A stretch of DNA of 64,000 nt from Minisyncoccota bacterium (GTDB taxonomy: Bacteria > Patescibacteriota > Minisyncoccia > Phycocordibacterales > UBA6065). The translations under genes were made by a program, and so were the position numbers. The notes under the pieces are model-generated. The model saw nothing but the letters and a program-made list of their open reading frames with translations. It was not told the origin of the DNA and searched no databases. The first letter of the stretch is position 1. Each line of letters starts with the position of its first letter. Shown here in pieces: positions 47,441 through 57,000 of this stretch. The stretch spans positions 316,265 to 380,264 of the forward strand of contig DASZXC010000008.1 of the NCBI GenBank assembly GCA_035546035.1. Reading direction: 5' to 3'.

Positions 47441-47773
47441 ATGTATATACCTGTTCTTTTTAGGGCGTTAAGCCCCGGAATGGAATTCGAATTCGATGCG
47501 CCCGCCGGCGGGCGTACAAAGGCGAAAAAAGCCGTCCCTGACGACGGGACGAACGCCCTGACCGCGGCCGGCCGCGTGAGGATCGGCGATGACGACCACG
47601 TCTATGTCGTCGTCCTCGACGCCGCCAAAGAGCGCGATGCGCAGATCCAGACGATCTGCCCGCGCCGCGAAGGCGAGTCCCGGCAGGACTGGAATAACCG
47701 TTTCAGCCGCGAGCTTTTCCTCGGCACATATGACGCCGCGATCATCAGACGACTTTCTCAAGGGACCTCTTAG
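47441..47773 (+). CDS. Hypothetical protein, N-terminal half resembles the upstream small protein
   Basis: ATG 47441; F..L..G..F pattern; hairpin with U-run after the stop. Confidence 0.6.
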   Translation: MYIPVLFRALSPGMEFEFDAPAGGRTKAKKAVPDDGTNALTAAGRVRIGDDDHVYVVVLDAAKERDAQIQTICPRREGESRQDWNNRFSRELFLGTYDAAIIRRLSQGTS

Positions 47774-47806
47774 GAGGTTCTTTTTTTATACGCGCCGGGG
47801 GGGGGT

Positions 47807-49759
47807 CTATGCCAGCTTGTAGTCGAGCGTCCTTTTCTCCATGTCGGCGCCCATCACTTTGAACTTCACCGTATCGCCGAGGCTGTATTTTTTGCCTGTC
47901 TTTTCGCCCACGACGGCATATGCCTTTTCATTGAATACGTAGTAGTCGTCGGTCATGTCTTTCAGGCGGACCATGCCTTCGCACTTGGTCTCCTTGTCTT
48001 CGACGTATATGCCCCAGTCGGAAACGCCCGAGACGGTGCCGGCGAATTCCTGGCCGATGCGGTCCATCATGTATTCGACTTGCTTGTATTTGATCGACGC
48101 GCGCTCGGCTTCCGCTGCGCGGATCTCTTTCTCCGAATTATCGTCGGCGATCTTCTGATATTTCGACATTTCGCCGCGGGCGACTTTGCCATGCGTCAGC
48201 TCGCGCTGGAGCAATCGATGGACGATGAGGTCGGCATAGCGGCGGATAGGGGACGTGAAGTGCGTATAGTACTCGAATGCCAAGCCGTAGTGGCCAATGT
48301 TCTCGGTTGAATAGACTGCTTTGGCCATCGACCTGATGGCGGCGGTCTTGATGAGTGATTCTTCGGTCTTGCCCTCGATCTGCTTGAACAAGTGCTTCAG
48401 GTCTTTCACTGCGACGCCTTTCTTCGTGACCGGGAGGTGATATCCGAGAGCGCGGACGAGCGTCACGAGATTGTCGAGTTTCTCCATGACCGGCTGGTCG
48501 TGGATGCGGTACAGGAACGCGCCGCCGGTATTTTCAGTAGCCTGGAACATGCGCAATGCGACCTCGCGGTTGGAGAGGAGCATGTATTCCTCGACGAGCT
48601 TGTGCGCGTCCTTGCGGGTCTTCTTGAATACGCGGATAGGCTTGCCGGCGCGGTCGAGCTCGAATTTCACTTCGTCCGTCTCGAAATCTATGGCGCCTTC
48701 CGCCTCTTTCTTCTCGCGGAGCTTTTTGGCGATCTCGTTCAGCTTGAAGAGCTCTTTTTTATATTCCTCCGACTTGCCTTCGAGCACGTCCTGTGCGCCT
48801 TCGTACGTGAAGCGCTTCCAGGATTTGATGATGGTCTTGCCGAACCAGCGATCGAGCACATCGCCTTTATCGTTCATGACGAAGACGGATGAAAACGTCA
48901 GCTTCTCCTCGTTGGGATTAAGCGAGCACACGTCGTTCGACAGGACTTCAGGCAGCATCGGAATGGTGCGGTCGACGAGGTATACGGAGAAGCCGCGCTC
49001 GCGGGCTTCTTTGTCCAAAGCGGTGCCTTCGCGGACATAGTGAGACACGTCAGCGATGTGAACGCCGATCTCGTATCTGCCGTCGGGCAGGAATTTCATA
49101 GAAATAGCGTCGTCGAAGTCCTTCGCGTCCACGGGGTCGATGGTGAACGTCGGCGTATCGCTGAAGTCGCGGCGCAATGCGCGTTCGGCGGCCGTGATCG
49201 CCTTGTTCTTTTCTATAGCCTCTGCTTCGCGCACGACTTCGACGGGGAAGTCGTATGCCAGGCCGCGCTCCAAAACGATGGCACGCATTTCGGCGTTATG
49301 CTCGCCCTTTTTGCCGATGACTTCGATGACTTTGCCGATGGGGTAGCCCTTCTTTTCGTCCCATTCGGCGATCTCGGCGTATACCTTGTCTCCCGCGCGG
49401 CCGTGGAGAGCGTCTGCCTTTGCGATGAATATGTCTTTATAGAGGCGCTTATCATCCGGCACGAGCGCGAAATTATCGCCAGCCGCTTCCAAAGCGCCCG
49501 CGAATCGCATCTTGTCGCGCTTCACTATTTTCGTGACTTCGGCGAGCGTCCTGCCGAAACGGCTCTTGCCGCCGGTCAGATGCGCCTCGACCGTGTCTTT
49601 ATGCATAGCCGTATGGAGAGCCTCCGAAGGGATCTCGAGGTCTTCCTGATCCTTATGCTCCGGATCTTCGAGGAATCCGACGCCTTTCGAATTGACCGAT
49701 ATGATGCCTGATACCATGCGGGTCTTCGCTTTCATTTCCTTTCGTTCTGAACGGGTCAT
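47807..49759 (-). CDS. rnr: Ribonuclease R
   Basis: TIDPVDAKDFDDAIS, HFTSPIRRYADL, cold-shock and S1 domains. Confidence 0.95.
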   Translation of the reverse strand: MTRSERKEMKAKTRMVSGIISVNSKGVGFLEDPEHKDQEDLEIPSEALHTAMHKDTVEAHLTGGKSRFGRTLAEVTKIVKRDKMRFAGALEAAGDNFALVPDDKRLYKDIFIAKADALHGRAGDKVYAEIAEWDEKKGYPIGKVIEVIGKKGEHNAEMRAIVLERGLAYDFPVEVVREAEAIEKNKAITAAERALRRDFSDTPTFTIDPVDAKDFDDAISMKFLPDGRYEIGVHIADVSHYVREGTALDKEARERGFSVYLVDRTIPMLPEVLSNDVCSLNPNEEKLTFSSVFVMNDKGDVLDRWFGKTIIKSWKRFTYEGAQDVLEGKSEEYKKELFKLNEIAKKLREKKEAEGAIDFETDEVKFELDRAGKPIRVFKKTRKDAHKLVEEYMLLSNREVALRMFQATENTGGAFLYRIHDQPVMEKLDNLVTLVRALGYHLPVTKKGVAVKDLKHLFKQIEGKTEESLIKTAAIRSMAKAVYSTENIGHYGLAFEYYTHFTSPIRRYADLIVHRLLQRELTHGKVARGEMSKYQKIADDNSEKEIRAAEAERASIKYKQVEYMMDRIGQEFAGTVSGVSDWGIYVEDKETKCEGMVRLKDMTDDYYVFNEKAYAVVGEKTGKKYSLGDTVKFKVMGADMEKRTLDYKLA

Positions 49760-49851
49760 TTAATGTATCGTGGATAGGTTTTTGTTGAGGATACTATAGC
49801 AAATATCGAAGAAATTGACGATTTTAAGGGCTTCTGCTAGTATCTTGGTCT

Positions 49852-50250
49852 ATGTTAAAGATTCGACTCCAGCGCGTCGGCCGAGTGAACGTTCCAACGT
49901 TCCGCGTCGTCGTGACTGATTCCAAGAATTCCACAAAATCGGGCCGCTCGCTCGAGGTTATCGGCACGTATGACCCCGTTAACGACGTTAAAGAGATCAA
50001 GGCTGACCGCGTAAAGCACTGGATGGGCCACGGCGCGAAGCTCTCGGATACCGTCCATAATTGGCTTATCGACAAGAAGGTCATTCCCGGCAAGAAGGTG
50101 AACGCGCTCCCGAAGAAGAGCCCGATCGTCGACCCGAAGGCTGCAGAGGCAGCGAAAGCAGCCGCTGAGGCCGCAAAGGCCGCCACGCCAGCAGCGCCGG
50201 TAGAGGCTCCAAAAGCCGAAGCTCCCGCAGCAGAAGCTCCGAAGGCGTAA
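49852..50250 (+). CDS. rpsP: 30S ribosomal protein S16 with Ala-rich tail
   Basis: MLKIRLQRVGR, FRVVV, GTYDP, GAKLSDTV. Confidence 0.96.
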   Translation: MLKIRLQRVGRVNVPTFRVVVTDSKNSTKSGRSLEVIGTYDPVNDVKEIKADRVKHWMGHGAKLSDTVHNWLIDKKVIPGKKVNALPKKSPIVDPKAAEAAKAAAEAAKAATPAAPVEAPKAEAPAAEAPKA

Positions 50251-50319
50251 ATTTCGCCCGACGCTAGAGCAAGAAAAAACCGCCCACATCTCTGTGGGCG
50301 GTTTGATTTGGTCGGGCGC

Positions 50320-51024
50320 TCACTCTGTCCGGAGCGCAACCTCTTCCGTCGTCACTTGGTCAAGGCCTTGCTCGTGGCTGACTTTGATGACATCGAAAGC
50401 AGACATGAGATCGAAAGCCTCGCTGTATTCCCGGCGGCGATCGCTCTCTTTCTCTCTGCAGTCCGATATGAAGGAGCCGTCTTTTTCTTTCTCCGACCGG
50501 TGTTCCGCGACCTTCAGGGAAAGGGCGAGGGAATGGATCTCTCGCTTTGCTTTCTGATGGAAGCTTTCCCAATCGAGCAGGCGCGCGGACGAGATATCGA
50601 TGTCGAGGATCTCGCAGAGCCGTCGCATCCCTCCTAAGAATTCATTGTCCGACGCCAGGAAGCTGTCGAAGGCCCGTCTTTCAAGCGCCTTCTTGAAGCT
50701 ATGGACGATCGTCGCGATTCCGAAGACCACGGATCCCGAAAGCGCGACCGCTCCTATCGCCCTCTCGATTCGTGCCGGGAGGAGCCCGTCCTTCAGCATA
50801 AAGAGGAAGGCAAGGCTCCACGGCGATACGACGGCGAGTATGGCGGAGATGCGGTAGCTGGTATTCGAATCGATGCGCTCGCCATATCGAGCCGCTTCGG
50901 CGACGAAGCGATCGAGAGGGTCTAACCCCGATCGCTTTTTCCAGCCCGCCCGGAGGACGGGGCTTATCCTGTCTTCCAGATGGAGGGCTATGAACTCTCC
51001 GTTTGAACTACATGTTTCTTTCAT
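50320..51024 (-). CDS. Hypothetical two-TM protein (orphan)
   Basis: Long ORF with two TM helices; GGAGA SD before ATG 51024; TTGACA-16-GATAAT upstream. Confidence 0.65.
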   Translation of the reverse strand: MKETCSSNGEFIALHLEDRISPVLRAGWKKRSGLDPLDRFVAEAARYGERIDSNTSYRISAILAVVSPWSLAFLFMLKDGLLPARIERAIGAVALSGSVVFGIATIVHSFKKALERRAFDSFLASDNEFLGGMRRLCEILDIDISSARLLDWESFHQKAKREIHSLALSLKVAEHRSEKEKDGSFISDCREKESDRRREYSEAFDLMSAFDVIKVSHEQGLDQVTTEEVALRTE

Positions 51025-51246
51025 TGCTGGATCTCCGAGCCCGCGGTTTTTATGAGAAAGGGCTTCCGGCCCGCGTCCATGCATCCTTCCGGGATGAAAG
51101 GCCGCTTCGTATCTCAAGGAGCTGTGCAGGCGAGACAGGTTCCTGTTTGGAATTATCAACACATGTCATGGTATGTCAATGGTACCCGTGCTATGCTATC
51201 CGATAGAGCGATATAGGCTCGATTTAGTCCCGCTAACCGCATAACA

Positions 51247-51558
51247 ATGGAAGCAGACGCAAAGTTTCTCGATTTCCTCGTTAAGTCCCTGGTAGACAAT
51301 CCGAACGACGTAAAGATCAACCGCACCGTAGACGAGATGGGCGTGCTCCTCACCCTCGACGTTAATCCCGCAGACATGGGCAAGATCATCGGTCGCGAAG
51401 GCAATACCGCCAAGGCGATCCGAACCCTCCTTCGCATCGTAGGGATGAAGAATAATTCCCGCGTGAACCTGAAGATCAGCGAACCGCAGGGTGGCATGCC
51501 GAAAGAAGCCCGCGCTTCGAAGACCGTAGACGAAGCGATGGCCGACCTCAACCTCTAG
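51247..51558 (+). CDS. khpA: KH-domain RNA-binding protein KhpA
   Basis: LVKSLVDNP..V, DMGKIIGREGNTAKAIRTLL; rpsP/trmD context. Confidence 0.92.
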   Translation: MEADAKFLDFLVKSLVDNPNDVKINRTVDEMGVLLTLDVNPADMGKIIGREGNTAKAIRTLLRIVGMKNNSRVNLKISEPQGGMPKEARASKTVDEAMADLNL

Positions 51559-51654
51559 AATGAAAAGAAAACCTCCCGAAAGGGAGTTTTTCTTTTGTCA
51601 GGAGCGTTTTCGGTTCTTTGGGGATAACGTCAAATGATATAATCATCTGCAACG

Positions 51655-52047
51655 ATGCAAAAAGACATCAAAAAGATCGCGAAGGCCCTATCGAAAGGAG
51701 ACATCCAGGAGGCTTTGACGATCCGCGAAGATATGGGCGACATAGATTTGGGCACCGAGATCGAGATCTGCGAGATCGTCCGCCAGGCTATCATCGCTTT
51801 CCTCAAGAAAGGGGAGATCTATAACGCACGCGCGGCCGAAAGTGCGTTCGACATGGAGCAAGACTCGATAGACGAAACCGTGCGGCAGGCCGTCATGTCC
51901 GTATTCCGCGACGGCGATATGGAAAAGATCGCCGAACTGCGCGACGGGCTGCCGATCTCGAAGACGATGGCCGAAGAGCTCATCCAGTACTGCGCGAGCT
52001 GGGGCAAGCCCGCCTCGGTCGCGTGCATGCAGGCCGTCTTCGCCTAA
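51655..52047 (+). CDS. Helical-repeat hypothetical protein
   Basis: Four helix-Gly-helix repeats; TGATATAAT upstream. Confidence 0.7.
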   Translation: MQKDIKKIAKALSKGDIQEALTIREDMGDIDLGTEIEICEIVRQAIIAFLKKGEIYNARAAESAFDMEQDSIDETVRQAVMSVFRDGDMEKIAELRDGLPISKTMAEELIQYCASWGKPASVACMQAVFA

Positions 52048-52084
52048 GCTCCACTTTTTGACGATTTCGAGGTAGTGTAGCGAT

Positions 52085-52753
52085 ATGACATTCCATATAG
52101 TCACGCTTTTCCCTGGCGCATTTGATTCGTACCTCGGCGAATCGATCTTGAAGCGCGCCTTGGAAGACAAGAAGATCCGCGTGAAATTCTATAATCCGCG
52201 CGATTTCGCCGACGACAAATGGCAGCGCGTCGATCAGAAGCCGTACGGCGGCGGTCCCGGCATGGTCATTCAGGCATTGCCTGTGGCGAAGGCTCTTGAG
52301 AAGGCAGTCAAAGCCGCAGGCGGCAAAAATGGTAAAGCTGCGCGCGATACGAAGATGATCTTCTTCAGTCCTGCAGGGAAATCGTTCGATACGGCATATG
52401 CGAAGGCGACGGCAAAGAAATACAAGAACGTCATATTCGTCTGCGGCCGCTATGAAGGCATCGACGCTCGCGTCAAAAAAATGTTCAGGATGGAAGACGT
52501 ATCCGTCGGTCCATTTGTGCTCACGGGCGGGGAATTACCGGCTATGATCGTCATGGACTCGGTCTCGCGCCAGATCGAAGGCGTGCTCGGCAACTATGAT
52601 TCGCGCGAGGAAGAGCGCATCTCATCATCTGACGTGTATACGCGCCCGGAAGTCATCGAATATCGCGGCAAAAAATACCGCGTGCCGAAAGTGCTCCTTT
52701 CGGGCAATCACAAGCTCATAGACGAGTGGAAGGCGGGCAGGAAGAGCGCGTAA
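52085..52753 (+). CDS. trmD: tRNA (guanine-N1)-methyltransferase
   Basis: PYGGGPGMV, CGRYEGID.RV, VLTGGELPA, VPKVLLSGNH. Confidence 0.97.
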   Translation: MTFHIVTLFPGAFDSYLGESILKRALEDKKIRVKFYNPRDFADDKWQRVDQKPYGGGPGMVIQALPVAKALEKAVKAAGGKNGKAARDTKMIFFSPAGKSFDTAYAKATAKKYKNVIFVCGRYEGIDARVKKMFRMEDVSVGPFVLTGGELPAMIVMDSVSRQIEGVLGNYDSREEERISSSDVYTRPEVIEYRGKKYRVPKVLLSGNHKLIDEWKAGRKSA

Positions 52754-52791
52754 CCTGCGGTGCTGCCGAAGTATTCTATACTATAACGGCA

Positions 52792-53370
52792 ATGAATCCT
52801 CACGCCCACAAGGCCGAATTCAAGGAAAAGCGGGACGAAGACGTTCTCGCCGCGTCTTTCAAGTATCCGTATCTGTTCGAGCTCCTCGTCGAGCGCTACG
52901 AAGATGCTTTTCTGCGCAAAGCGCGGTCCATCGTGCGCCATGACGAGGCTTCCCGCGACATCGTCCAGGATACCTTCGTCAAAATATATCTGTACGGTAA
53001 GACGTTCAAACCGGTCGAAGGCGCGCGGTTCTCATCGTGGGCATATAAAGTGCTCATGAACGTCTGTTTCCAGTGGTACAAGAAGATGAAGCGCGAGCGC
53101 GACTTCTTTTCGGCCTTGGACGAAGACATGGAGGCCGTATTACCCCATGACGATAGCGTTGAAAGGACGCAAAAACTGGACCGGGACTACCTTGAATCCA
53201 TGTTCTCGCGCCTGCCTGAAACTTTCGCCCGCGTATTGCGGTTATATGTGAGCGAAGGCAAGGATTATAAGGAGATAGCCGCAGTCGAAGGCGTGTCCGA
53301 AGGCGCGATCAAGACTCGCATGCATCGCGCCCGCGAAGAGCTGCGGGACATCGCTCGAAAGATATCGTAG
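52792..53370 (+). CDS. ECF RNA polymerase sigma factor
   Basis: Region 2 DIVQDTFVK...FSSWAYKV; region 4 YKEIAAVEGVSEGAIKTRMHRAR. Confidence 0.9.
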   Translation: MNPHAHKAEFKEKRDEDVLAASFKYPYLFELLVERYEDAFLRKARSIVRHDEASRDIVQDTFVKIYLYGKTFKPVEGARFSSWAYKVLMNVCFQWYKKMKRERDFFSALDEDMEAVLPHDDSVERTQKLDRDYLESMFSRLPETFARVLRLYVSEGKDYKEIAAVEGVSEGAIKTRMHRAREELRDIARKIS

Positions 53371-53423
53371 AGCGACGCGTAGTAATAATTAGGACGGCGC
53401 TGCCGTCCACCCGAAATACCTCA

Positions 53424-53735
53424 ATGACTCAAATAATGGATAACGTGATGATCAAGGTGCGGAGGATCTTCCTGATACGGAAGCTCGCCGCGCCTTTTGT
53501 GTTCCTTGTAGCCGCGGCGGTAGTGGTGGGATCGACCGTGTCAGTCTCCCATGTGCTCGCCAATATGCCCGCGGCATTAGACATCCCAGCCGTGATGCGG
53601 TTCTTCGCCGCGGCGTTCGCGCACGCGGATGTTATCGTCAAAAGTGCGCTGGTTGCGGGAACGCTGTTCTTACTTATGATCCTGAAGGGGGCGATCGATA
53701 GCATCCGGTTCGTCGGTTCTCTCCAAAAGGCATAG
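53424..53735 (+). CDS. Small membrane protein, candidate anti-sigma partner
   Basis: Two TM segments directly downstream of the ECF sigma; terminator at 53736-53770. Confidence 0.6.
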   Translation: MTQIMDNVMIKVRRIFLIRKLAAPFVFLVAAAVVVGSTVSVSHVLANMPAALDIPAVMRFFAAAFAHADVIVKSALVAGTLFLLMILKGAIDSIRFVGSLQKA

Positions 53736-53768
53736 AAACAAAGGCTCCGTGCTCCGGGGCCTTTTTGT

Positions 53769-54058
53769 TTGACATCTTTCGGCCGGTCAGTATACTTATC
53801 CTCACTTCAACGCTGATTGTGTTATTGGGGAAACACGAAGTATGCAGGTAGCTTATTGGCGGTTTTCATACTTTTCTTGCCAGCGATCTCATAAACGATT
53901 CCAAAACCGGTAGGAGCCTTTCACCCAGAGGCCCTTTTTGTGTTTTTAGGCGTCTTTATGTCCCGTTCGTCAATAGAGAGGTTGAACCATCCGTAAGGCA
54001 GGGGCAGCCGTCGGTATTTTTATAAATTGCCGGTCGTCGGTATTAGAAACCTACAGCA
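53769..54058 (+). promoter_or_regulatory. rpoBC promoter and ~255-nt structured leader
   Basis: TTGACA-16-TATACT (53769-53796); three-helix junction; weak hairpin plus U-run. Confidence 0.55.
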
Positions 54059-57000
54059 ATGATCAAAAGGGAACAGAAGTATTTCGGGCGCTTCAAGGAA
54101 GCCCTCGCCGAGATCCCGAATCTCGTCGAAGCGCAGACCGAATCGTTCAAATGGCTCGTGGAGAAAGGCCTCGCGGACCTCTTCCAGGAGTTCTCTCCTA
54201 TAAAGGACTACTCGGACAAGAAGTTCGAGCTCTCGTTCACGGGCTTCGAGCTCGCCGAGCCTAAATACGACGAGCACTACGCGAAAGACAACAAGCTCTC
54301 GTACGAAGCGCCTCTCAAAGTCCGCATCAAGCTCAAGAACAAGATGTTCAATTCGGAGAAGGAGCAGGAGATATTCCTCGCGGACTTCCCGTTGATGACG
54401 AATCACGGAACGTTCATCATAAACGGCATCGAGCGCGTCATCGTGCCCCAGCTCGCTCGTTCGTTCGGAGTTTTCTTCACCTCTGACGAGGTGAAGGGCA
54501 AGACCGTCTTCGGCGCCAAGGTCATCCCCGCCCGCGGCGTATGGCTCGAGATCGAGACCGACAACGACGGCACCATCTATGCCCGCATCGACCGCAAGCG
54601 AAAGTTCATGGTCACGGCTCTCCTCCGCGTCCTCGGCGCCGATACCGACGAAAAGATCCTCTCGTTCTTCAAGGGCGACGAGACCGCAGCCAAGGTCATG
54701 GCGGCATCTCTCGCGAAAGACACGGCAAAGACCGTCTCTGACGCATATATAGAGATCCACAAGCGACTCCGCGACGGCGACCTTGCTACCGCGGACAATG
54801 CAAAGGAATTCATTTCGAGCCTCTTCCACAAGGACCGCTACGATCTCTCGAACGTAGGCCGTTTCCGCTTCAACAAGCGCTTCGGCAAGCCTATGGACGA
54901 TAAGACGCTCGAGAAGAAGACCATCGATGCCTCCGACCTTGCTACCATCATCGGCAATATAATCCACCTCAACAACAAGCTCGACGCTGTCGAAGACGAT
55001 ATCGACCACCTCGGCTCGCGCCGCGTGCGATATGTCGGCGAATTGATGCAGCAGAAGCTCCGCGTCGGCCTCTCGCAGATGAAGAGGAACATCCAGGACA
55101 GGATGTCCACTATCGAGCCTGATACGACCCAGCCTCTGACGTTCGTATCGCCTCGACCCCTCCAGGCCCGACTCAAGGAGTTCTTCACCACGAACCAACT
55201 CTCGCAGTTCATGCAGCAGGAGAACATCCTCACCGAGCTCGAACACCTCCGCACGCTCTCGGCCCTTGGCCCGGGCGGCCTTACCCGCGAGCGCGCAGGC
55301 TTCGAAGTCCGCGACGTGCACCCGTCGCACTACGGCCGACTCTGCCCGATCCACACCCCTGAAGGCCCGAACATCGGCCTCATCCTCCGCCTCTCGACGT
55401 ATGCGCGCCTCAACGACTTCGGCATGATCGAAACGCCGTATGCCAAGGTCAAGAACGGCAAGGTCACCAAGGAGATCGTATACCTCAATGCACTCGAGGA
55501 AGAGTCGCACCGTATCGCTCATGCAGCGACGGCATACGACAAAGACGGCAAGATCACGGAGAATGCCGTCGAGATCCGACAGAACGGCTCGCCGTCGCTC
55601 GCGCATCCGAACGAAGTAGATTTCATCGACGTTTCGACGAACCAGGCGTTCTCGATCGCGACGAACATGATCCCGTTCCTCAACCACGACGACGCGAACC
55701 GAGCGCTCATGGGTTCGAACATGCAGAAGCAGGCGACCCCGTGCATCATCCCCGAAGCTCCGCTCGTCGCTACCGGCATCGAGGCTAAGGCTGCTGAGTA
55801 CACCGGCCGCATCGTCCTCGCCCCTGAAGACGGCGCTATCTCGGCTGTAGACGCGACGAGCATCACGTTCAAGAACGCCAAGGGCAAGGAGACGACCTAC
55901 AAGCTTGTATCGTTCGAGCGAACGAACGGCTTCACCTCGTACCACCAGCGCCCCGTCGTTAACCTCAATGAGAAGGTCAAGAAGGGTCAAGTCCTCGCAG
56001 ACGCGTCGTCGTCTGACGGCGGTCAGATCGCCCTCGGCCAGAACATGCTCGTAGCGTTCATGTCATGGTCCGGCGCGAACTACGAAGACGCCATCATCAT
56101 CTCGGAACGCGTCGTCAAGAACAGCAAATTCACCTCTATCCATATCGAGGAATTCGTCGTGAACGTCCGCGACACCAAGCTCGGCCCCGAAGTCACGACC
56201 CACGACATACCGAATGTCGGCGAAGGCAAGCTCCGCAACCTCGACGAAGACGGCATCATCCGCATCGGCGCAGAAGTGCGATCAGGCGATATCCTCGTCG
56301 GCAAGATCACACCGAAGGGCGAGACCCAGCTCACCCCTGAAGAGCGCCTCCTCCGATCGATCTTCGGCGAGAAGGCGCGTGACGTTAAGGACACGTCCAA
56401 GCGCATGGAAGGCGGCAAGCGCGGTCGCGTCATTTCAGTCAAAGTCTTCTCTCGCGAGAAGGGCGACAAGCTCGAATCGGGCATCATCAAGCGCATCCAT
56501 GTCGAGGTTGCCCAGCTCCGAACGGTATCGGTAGGCGACAAGCTCGCAGGCCGTCATGGTAATAAAGGAGTCATCTCGCGCATCCTCCCTGAAGAGGATA
56601 TGCCATACATGGCAGACGGCACGCCTATAGACGTGATCCTCACCCCGCTCGGCGTTCCATCGCGTATGAACCTCGGCCAGATCCTCGAGCTCCATCTTGG
56701 CATGGCCGCTAACACCCTCAACTACCAGGCAGTCGTGCCTCCGTTCGCGGGCGCCACGTCCGACGAGATCAAGGCCGAGCTCAAGAAAGCGGGCCTCAAC
56801 GAGAACGGCAAGATGCCGCTCTTCGACGGACGCACCGGCGACAAGTTCCAGCAGGACATCTCGGTCGGCTACATGTACATCTTGAAGCTCCATCACATGG
56901 TGGAAGACAAGATCCACATGCGATCGATCGGTCCGTACTCGCTCATCACCCAGCAGCCGTTGGGCGGCAAGGCGCAGGGCGGCGGCCAGCGATTCGGCGA

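Noticed and set aside
51075-51100. CCGGAAGGAUGCA resembling SRP RNA domain IV
   Set aside because: The CAGG/AGCA internal loop is not conserved and there is no long closing stem.
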